Assembly (NCBI GenBank): GCA_902587155.1
Contig: CACIKE010000004.1
Location: forward strand, 5,444-69,443
Length of the DNA stretch: 64,000 nucleotides
Direction: 5' to 3'
Source: an uncultured Pelagibacteraceae bacterium
Lineage (GTDB): Bacteria > Pseudomonadota > Alphaproteobacteria > Pelagibacterales > Pelagibacteraceae
A model generated the notes under the pieces. The model searched no databases. It was given only the letters and a program-made list of their open reading frames with translations, and was not told where the DNA came from. Below are positions 58,039 to 64,000 of this stretch, piece by piece. Position numbers and translations under genes: made by a program. Numbering within the stretch: position 1 is the stretch's first letter; every line of letters begins with the position of its first letter.

Positions 58039-59193
58039 TTATTTATTTTTGTAAACTAGTTTACCGAACTTTTTTAACGCGGTTTCTGAAATTTCTAATC
58101 CTAAACCTGGATTTTCATTTAGATGTATCCAACCATTACTCATTTTATGGGAATTTTCAAATAATTCAGCTTGTAGAGGATCTCTTTCATCATCAAATGA
58201 CTCGACTATTCTTCCTGATGGTGACGATGCAACTAAAGGAGCATGAATATAACAATCATGATGTGGTGCTATATCCAAATGATTTAATTCACATAAAGCA
58301 GATAGTTTTTTACCATTTGTAAAACCACCAAACATTGTGCAATCAAATTGTAAAATTTGAATTGCATTTTCTTCCACCATGGATCTACACCCATAAATCG
58401 TAATTTCACTTTCTCCACCTGATAAAGGAATTTTTGTTTGTTGTGATAAAAGTTTTAAATTTCTTCTATCATCTTCCCATCTCACAGGCTCTTCTATCCA
58501 AGTTGGATTAAATCTCTCAAATTCTTTTACTCCCTCAATAGCCGTTTTTAGGTCCCATGCTCTATTAACATCAATCATTAGATCTTTATCGTCACCAATT
58601 TCTTGTCGAATTATTTCTAATCTTTTGGCATCTTCTTTTATACTTAATCCACCTACTTTAACTTTAAAGCTTTGATGGCCAATTTTAATTAATTTTTGTA
58701 ATTCCTCTCTAAGTTCTTTTTCATTTTTACCATCTCTATAATAAGCACATGTTACATATACAGGAATTTTATTTCTGTAACCTCCAAACAACTTATATAG
58801 TGGAATTTTTGAGGCTTTACCTATTAAATCCCAGCATGCAATATCTAAAGCAGCAGAAATTCTAATCAAAGCTTCTCTGCTCCAACCTTTTACATTGCTT
58901 TGGCGTGTATCTGTTAATCTAAAAATTTTTTCATACAATTTTTCTGGACAAAAAGGATCTTCCCCAACAATTAAATCTTGTAATCCATTAGAGAAAGGTT
59001 TGATAATTGGTTTGATATCTGTATAACTTGTCGCTAGACCAAAACCAGAATTACCATCTTTAGTTTTAATCTTAATTAATAATTCATTTGCTGTTGGAAC
59101 AATAAAATGACTTACCCAGTGAGGATTAACTTCATCAGGGTTATTTAGAGCATAAACTTCTAAGGTCTCGATTGAATTACTACTATTTGTCAT
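58039..59193 (-). CDS. Mandelate racemase-subgroup enolase superfamily enzyme
   Basis: ALDIACWD, FKVKVG, metal ligands in DVN/EEP/GE, QFD...APH dyad. Confidence 0.9.
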   Translation of the reverse strand: MTNSSNSIETLEVYALNNPDEVNPHWVSHFIVPTANELLIKIKTKDGNSGFGLATSYTDIKPIIKPFSNGLQDLIVGEDPFCPEKLYEKIFRLTDTRQSNVKGWSREALIRISAALDIACWDLIGKASKIPLYKLFGGYRNKIPVYVTCAYYRDGKNEKELREELQKLIKIGHQSFKVKVGGLSIKEDAKRLEIIRQEIGDDKDLMIDVNRAWDLKTAIEGVKEFERFNPTWIEEPVRWEDDRRNLKLLSQQTKIPLSGGESEITIYGCRSMVEENAIQILQFDCTMFGGFTNGKKLSALCELNHLDIAPHHDCYIHAPLVASSPSGRIVESFDDERDPLQAELFENSHKMSNGWIHLNENPGLGLEISETALKKFGKLVYKNK

Positions 59194-59238
59194 ATATTAT
59201 AAGTTTGATTATATAATTTCTTTAGCATATACAGCAGA

Positions 59239-60411
59239 ATGGCAATTTCAAACAATATAAGACCAGGTCGACATTTTTTACAAATACCAGGTCCAACTAA
59301 CGTTCCTGACAGAGTTTTAAGAGCAATGGATTATCCAACAATAGACCATAGAGGTCCAGATTTTGCAGAACTTGGTTTAAGAGTTTTAGATAGAATAAAG
59401 TTAATTTTTAAAACTTCAGAACCTGTAATAATATTTCCTGCTTCAGGCACAGGTGCATGGGAAGCTGCAATTGTAAATACTTTAAGTGCAGGTGATAAAA
59501 TTTTGATGTTTGAAACAGGACACTTCTCTACACTTTGGTATGATATTGCAGAAAAATTTAAATTAGAAATCGACTTTGTTAAAGGTGACTGGAGAACAGG
59601 TGTTGACCCAAATATTGTTGAGCAAAAATTGAAGGAAGATAAAGAAAAAAAAATTAAAGCAGTATGCGCAGTTCATAATGAAACATCTACAGGAGTAACA
59701 AGTAGAATTGGAAAAATAAGAAAAGCGATGGATAACGCTGACCATCCTGCATTACTATTTGTTGACACAATTTCCTCACTGGGATCTATAGATTATAGAC
59801 ACGAAGAATGGAAAGTTGATGTTACAGTTGGTGGATCTCAAAAAGGATTATTATTACCTCCAGGACTTTCCTTTAATGCAATAAGTTCAAAAGCATTAAA
59901 GGCTTATGGAACTTCTGATTTACCAAAATCATATTGGGATTGGAAACCAATGCTAGAAAATAATAAAAAAGGTTATTTTCCATACACACCAGCAACAAAT
60001 TTATTGTATGGATTAGATGAAGCAATTAATATGTTGACTGAAGAAGGTTTAGAAAATGTATTTACTAGACATAAAAGATTTGCGGAAGCTACTAGAGTAG
60101 CAGTAAAAGCTTGGGGTTTGGAAATACTTTGTAAAAATCCAGAGGAATATTCAGATTCACTAACAGCAGTAATTGTTCCAGATGGACATGATGCAGACTC
60201 ATTAAGAAAAATAATTTTAGATCATTACAACATGTCTTTAGGAACAGGTTTAGCAAAAGTTGCAGGTAAAATTTTTAGAATCGGACATTTAGGAGATTTT
60301 AACGAATTGATGTTAGCTGGAACTTTAGCTGGTGTTGAAATGGGATTAATGAAATCCAAAATTCCCTATAAAAAAGGTGGAATACTCAAAGCACTTGACT
60401 ATCTTTGTTAA
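59239..60411 (+). CDS. Class V aminotransferase, serine/alanine-glyoxylate type
   Basis: GRHFLQIPGPTNVP, SGTGAWE, HNETSTG, VDTISS, GSQKG, PYTP, FRIGHLG. Confidence 0.9.
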   Translation: MAISNNIRPGRHFLQIPGPTNVPDRVLRAMDYPTIDHRGPDFAELGLRVLDRIKLIFKTSEPVIIFPASGTGAWEAAIVNTLSAGDKILMFETGHFSTLWYDIAEKFKLEIDFVKGDWRTGVDPNIVEQKLKEDKEKKIKAVCAVHNETSTGVTSRIGKIRKAMDNADHPALLFVDTISSLGSIDYRHEEWKVDVTVGGSQKGLLLPPGLSFNAISSKALKAYGTSDLPKSYWDWKPMLENNKKGYFPYTPATNLLYGLDEAINMLTEEGLENVFTRHKRFAEATRVAVKAWGLEILCKNPEEYSDSLTAVIVPDGHDADSLRKIILDHYNMSLGTGLAKVAGKIFRIGHLGDFNELMLAGTLAGVEMGLMKSKIPYKKGGILKALDYLC

Positions 60412-60516
60412 CTTTCAAAAGATTTATTAATAAAATAATTTTTAAGCCAATTTTTCAATAGTAATAGAACTTGACGTTATTTTCCCAAAAGATATAAATC
60501 ACTCTGTTTTGGTTTA

Positions 60517-60592
60517 GGGCGGTTAGCTCAGTTGGTAGAGCATCTCGTTTACACCGAGGGGGTCAAAGGTTCGAGTCCTTTACTGCCCACCA
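60517..60592 (+). tRNA. tRNA-Val (anticodon TAC)
   Basis: GGGCGGT/ACTGCCC acceptor, CTCG-TTTACAC-CGAG, GGTTCGAGTCC, CCA. Confidence 0.97.
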
Positions 60593-60606
60593 AAAGAATC
60601 AAAAGT

Positions 60607-60683
60607 GGGGGTGTAGCTCAGTTGGTTAGAGCGATCGCCTGTCACGCGATAGGTCGAGGGTTCGAGTCCCTTCACTCCCGCCA
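60607..60683 (+). tRNA. tRNA-Asp (anticodon GTC)
   Basis: GGGGGTG/CACTCCC acceptor, ATCGC-CTGTCAC-GCGAT, GGTTCGAGTCC, G discriminator, CCA. Confidence 0.97.
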
Positions 60684-60788
60684 CTTTGCAAGTTTACTGT
60701 TGATAATCACTATCAAATACGCTGTATATTTTGAATAATGTGACCTAACACCACTTCATCTAGCTATAAAAAATGATATATATTCCAC

Positions 60789-61157
60789 ATGACTGCGGAA
60801 TTTTTAAAGGATTATTTACCTATAATATTGTTCCTAATTATTGCATTAGGATTGAGCTGTGCATTTATAGTAATTAATTTTATTCTATCTCCAAAAAATC
60901 CAGATCCAGAAAAGTTATCAGCTTATGAATGCGGATTTGAACCGTTTCAAGATTCCAGAATGGAATTTGATGTTCGTTTTTATTTGGTTGCTATACTTTT
61001 TATAATTTTTGATCTTGAAATTGCATTTTTATTTCCGTGGGCAATTTCTTTAGGAAATATTGGAATTTTAGGTTTTACCTCAATGATGATTTTTTTATTC
61101 ATACTTACTATTGGATTTATTTATGAGTGGAAAAAAGGCGCTTTAGACTGGGAATAA
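60789..61157 (+). CDS. nuoA: NADH-quinone oxidoreductase subunit A
   Basis: [31 protein letters not shown]. Confidence 0.97.
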   Translation: MTAEFLKDYLPIILFLIIALGLSCAFIVINFILSPKNPDPEKLSAYECGFEPFQDSRMEFDVRFYLVAILFIIFDLEIAFLFPWAISLGNIGILGFTSMMIFLFILTIGFIYEWKKGALDWE

Positions 61158-61169
61158 AATTTTTTTTAA

Positions 61170-61685
61170 ATGAATAATAAGATAGATCAAGTTCCGGAAG
61201 AGTTTAAACAACTTGCTGAAGATTTTAGTAAGAATGGTTTTATTACTACATCATTAGACAATTTAATAAACTGGTCAAGGTCAGGATCATTACACTGGAT
61301 GACTTTTGGCCTTGCTTGTTGTGCTGTTGAAATGATGCAAACTGCAATGCCCAGATATGATTTAGAGAGATTTGGTGCTGCACCTCGTGGGTCACCAAGA
61401 CAATCTGATGTAATGATTGTTGCTGGCACTTTGACCAACAAAATGGCACCAGCTCTTAGAAAAGTTTACGATCAAATGCCTGAACCAAGATATGTTATAT
61501 CAATGGGAAGTTGTGCTAATGGTGGTGGATATTATCACTACTCTTATTCAGTTGTTAGAGGTTGTGATCGTATTGTTCCAGTTGATATTTATGTTCCTGG
61601 ATGTCCTCCTTCTGCAGAGGCTTTATTATATGGAATTATGCAATTACAAAAAAAAATAAGAAATAAAGGATCCATAAGTAGATAA
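61170..61685 (+). CDS. nuoB: NADH-quinone oxidoreductase subunit B
   Basis: [27 protein letters not shown]. Confidence 0.98.
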   Translation: MNNKIDQVPEEFKQLAEDFSKNGFITTSLDNLINWSRSGSLHWMTFGLACCAVEMMQTAMPRYDLERFGAAPRGSPRQSDVMIVAGTLTNKMAPALRKVYDQMPEPRYVISMGSCANGGGYYHYSYSVVRGCDRIVPVDIYVPGCPPSAEALLYGIMQLQKKIRNKGSISR

Positions 61686-61686
61686 T

Positions 61687-62292
61687 ATGAATAACTTAAT
61701 TGATTTAGAAAAAAAAATTAATTCAGAGCTTGGCACCAAATTAAATACTTCTGAAATTAAACATAATCAAATTTATCTTGAGATAGATAGTGATGATTTA
61801 ATTGATGTAGTTTTATTTGTTAAAACTAATAAAGATACAAAATTTAGACAACTTATAGACATTACAGTTGTCGATTATCCTGAAAGGTCCAAAAGATTTA
61901 AAATTGTATACCTATTTTTAAGTCATGAGTTTAATCAGAGAATGATCTTAAGTTACAATATAAGTGAAAATGAAGTTATTGCATCATTAACACCAATTTT
62001 TCCATCTGCTAACTGGATGGAAAGAGAAGTTTTTGACATGTATGGAGTGAGTTTCAAAGATCATCCTGATTTAAGAAGAATTTTAACAGATTATGGTTTT
62101 GAGGGTCATCCATTAAGAAAAGATTTTCCTTTAACTGGTCATACCGAAGTTAGATACAGCGAGGATCAAAAAAAAGTAGTTAATGAACCTGTAAAACTAG
62201 AACAAAATTATAGAAACTTTGATTATGAAAGTCCGTGGGAAGGCACAAAATATATTAAAGAATTAACTGATACTAATGAAAAAAAAAATTAA
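61687..62292 (+). CDS. nuoC: NADH-quinone oxidoreductase subunit C
   Basis: [36 protein letters not shown]. Confidence 0.97.
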   Translation: MNNLIDLEKKINSELGTKLNTSEIKHNQIYLEIDSDDLIDVVLFVKTNKDTKFRQLIDITVVDYPERSKRFKIVYLFLSHEFNQRMILSYNISENEVIASLTPIFPSANWMEREVFDMYGVSFKDHPDLRRILTDYGFEGHPLRKDFPLTGHTEVRYSEDQKKVVNEPVKLEQNYRNFDYESPWEGTKYIKELTDTNEKKN

Positions 62293-63451
62293 AAATCTAA
62301 ACTTAAATTTTGGACCTCAACATCCAGCAGCTCATGGTGTTCTTAGACTTATATTAGAATTAGATGGTGAAGTTGTTGAAAAAGCAGATCCACATATTGG
62401 CTTACTACACCGTGGTACTGAAAAATTAATAGAAAATAAAACTTATATGCAAGCAGTTCCATATTTTGATCGATTAGATTATGTAGCTCCGATGAATCAG
62501 GAACATGCTTTTGCTTTGGCTGTTGAAAAAATTTTAGACATTGATGTTCCAATTAGAGCCCAATTCATAAGAGTGATGTTTTGTGAAATTGGAAGAATTT
62601 TAAGTCATATTCTAAATGTTACAACACAAGCATTAGATGTTGGAGCTTTAACACCATCTTTATGGGGTTTTGAAGAAAGAGAGACTTTAATGACTTTTTA
62701 TGAAAGAGCATCTGGATCAAGATTACATGCAAATTATTTTAGAGCTGGCGGTGTGCATCAAGATTTACCAGCAGGTTTAGAGACAGATATTGCAAAATTC
62801 TGCGAAACTTTTCCAAAAATAATTAATGATTTAGAAAACTTATTGACTGACAATAGAATATTCAAGCAAAGAAATGTTGATATTGGTGTTGTTACAAAAG
62901 AAGACGCCCTCGATTATTCTTTTAGTGGTGTTATGATTAGAGGTTCTGGTGTTCCATGGGATCTAAGGAAATCACAACCATATGATTGTTATAACCAACT
63001 AGAATTTAAAATTCCCATAGGAAAAAATGGAGATTGTTACGACAGATATTTATGCAGGATTGAAGAAATGAAAGAAAGTGTCAAAATAATTAAACAATGT
63101 TTATCAAAAATGGAAAAAGGGCCAATCAAAACTTTTGATGGAAAAATATCACCTCCATCAAAAAAAGATATTAAACAATCAATGGAGGCCTTAATACATC
63201 ACTTTAAATTATTTACTGAAGGATATCGCGTGCCTGAAGATGAAATTTATACAGCGGTTGAAGCACCTAAAGGAGAATTTGGCGTTTATTTAATTTCAGA
63301 TGGATCGAGCAAACCTTATAAGTGTAAAATTCGAGCACCTGGATTTTCACATTTACAATCAATGGATTATTTAATTAAAGGACATATGTTGGCTGATGTT
63401 CCTGCAGTACTCGGTTCTTTAGATATAGTTTTTGGTGAGGTTGATAGATGA
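62276..63451 (+). CDS. nuoD: NADH-quinone oxidoreductase subunit D
   Basis: [32 protein letters not shown]. Confidence 0.98.
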   Translation: MKKKIKNLNLNFGPQHPAAHGVLRLILELDGEVVEKADPHIGLLHRGTEKLIENKTYMQAVPYFDRLDYVAPMNQEHAFALAVEKILDIDVPIRAQFIRVMFCEIGRILSHILNVTTQALDVGALTPSLWGFEERETLMTFYERASGSRLHANYFRAGGVHQDLPAGLETDIAKFCETFPKIINDLENLLTDNRIFKQRNVDIGVVTKEDALDYSFSGVMIRGSGVPWDLRKSQPYDCYNQLEFKIPIGKNGDCYDRYLCRIEEMKESVKIIKQCLSKMEKGPIKTFDGKISPPSKKDIKQSMEALIHHFKLFTEGYRVPEDEIYTAVEAPKGEFGVYLISDGSSKPYKCKIRAPGFSHLQSMDYLIKGHMLADVPAVLGSLDIVFGEVDR

Positions 63452-64000
63452 GTTTAAAGAGACCAGCCAAAGATCAACCAGAGAACTTTGAATTTAATTC
63501 ATCTTCTTTAGAAGCAGCCGATAAGATTATTTCAAAATATCCTAAGGGAAAACAACAAAGTGCAGTCATGGCATTGTTATATATAGCTCAAAAGCAAAAT
63601 AATAATTGGATACCTTTAGTTGCAATGAAATATATAGCCAAACTTTTAGATATGCCTTACATAAAAGTTTATGAAGTAGCGACTTTTTATAGTATGTTTA
63701 ATTTATCACCAGTTGGAAAATATTTCATTCAAGTTTGTACTACAACACCTTGTATGATAAGGGGAGCTGGCAAATTAGTTGAGGCCTGCAAAGAAAAAAT
63801 ATCTGAAAATGAATCTGAATTATTGCCAGATAAAAACTGTTCATGGACGGAAGTAGAGTGCTTAGGTGCTTGCGTCACTGCTCCAATGATGCAAATTAAT
63901 GATGATTATTATGAAGATTTAGACAAGGAAAAAACTTTAGAAATTTTAGATAAAATTTTAAAAGATGAAACACCAAAACCAGGTTCATACAGAGGACGCA
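63448..64000 (+). CDS. nuoE: NADH-quinone oxidoreductase subunit E (runs off window end)
   Basis: Hand translation: [14 protein letters not shown]...[11 protein letters not shown]...EVATFYSMF...[12 protein letters not shown]...[13 protein letters not shown]. Confidence 0.96.
   Translation, partial: MSLKRPAKDQPENFEFNSSSLEAADKIISKYPKGKQQSAVMALLYIAQKQNNNWIPLVAMKYIAKLLDMPYIKVYEVATFYSMFNLSPVGKYFIQVCTTTPCMIRGAGKLVEACKEKISENESELLPDKNCSWTEVECLGACVTAPMMQINDDYYEDLDKEKTLEILDKILKDETPKPGSYRGR

Noticed and set aside
50201-60516. Autonomous mobile element or prophage at tRNA-Val
   Set aside because: No integrase, transposase, phage gene or duplicated tRNA end seen at either border
60532-60738. 68-aa ORF in the track
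   Set aside because: It is a translation of the tRNA-Val and tRNA-Asp genes
1795-62552. Short track ORFs antisense to or out of frame within long genes (e.g. 1795, 1829, 2144, 5081, 8377, 8745, 17570, 21718, 21786, 27437, 28828, 38914, 39787, 42342, 42567, 43839, 44425, 46620, 49411, 49804, 51770, 56591, 59563, 61187, 61246, 62349)
   Set aside because: Shadow frames of well-supported genes, with no recognisable motifs or RBS
1-64000. Poly-A/T runs as phase-variation or frameshift sites
   Set aside because: Expected at this AT content; the genes containing them are intact and no split gene was detected

Overview
Very AT-rich, densely coded alphaproteobacterial chromosome segment with tiny intergenic gaps. 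Gene content and order point to SAR11 / Candidatus Pelagibacter (inference). In order, it holds: (1) aceA with a divergent RamB/PccR (ScfR)-type regulator and a TTTACAAA operator array; (2) rseP, HU and amtB (no glnK beside it); (3) recX, cysQ, mnmA, metC and pabBAC; (4) an ~18 kb organosulfonate/sulfite neighbourhood: HIT protein, aprMBA, TauE, suyABZ, xsc, HpsO-like SDR, TerC protein, IseJ-like GMC oxidoreductase and a TRAP transporter; (5) tRNA-Leu(TAG), tig, clpP, clpX, lon; (6) a ~10 kb catabolic block (TRAP, crotonase, CoA-transferase III, FAD/Fe-S oxidase, enolase-family enzyme, glyoxylate aminotransferase); (7) tRNA-Val, tRNA-Asp and nuoA-E. Eleven small ORFs missing from the ORF track were translated by hand. 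No CRISPR, integrase, transposase or rRNA was seen. Strongest leads: a Sat-independent sulfonate-to-sulfite-to-APS module with a HIT enzyme as candidate APS-discharging step; a hairpin built from two inverted tRNA-Leu 5' halves in the tig leader; a miniature malonyl-CoA-decarboxylase-like protein near aceA; a 27-aa ribosomal-protein-like peptide; and the lon-tRNA-Val block. All functional calls come from motif recognition; no searches were run.
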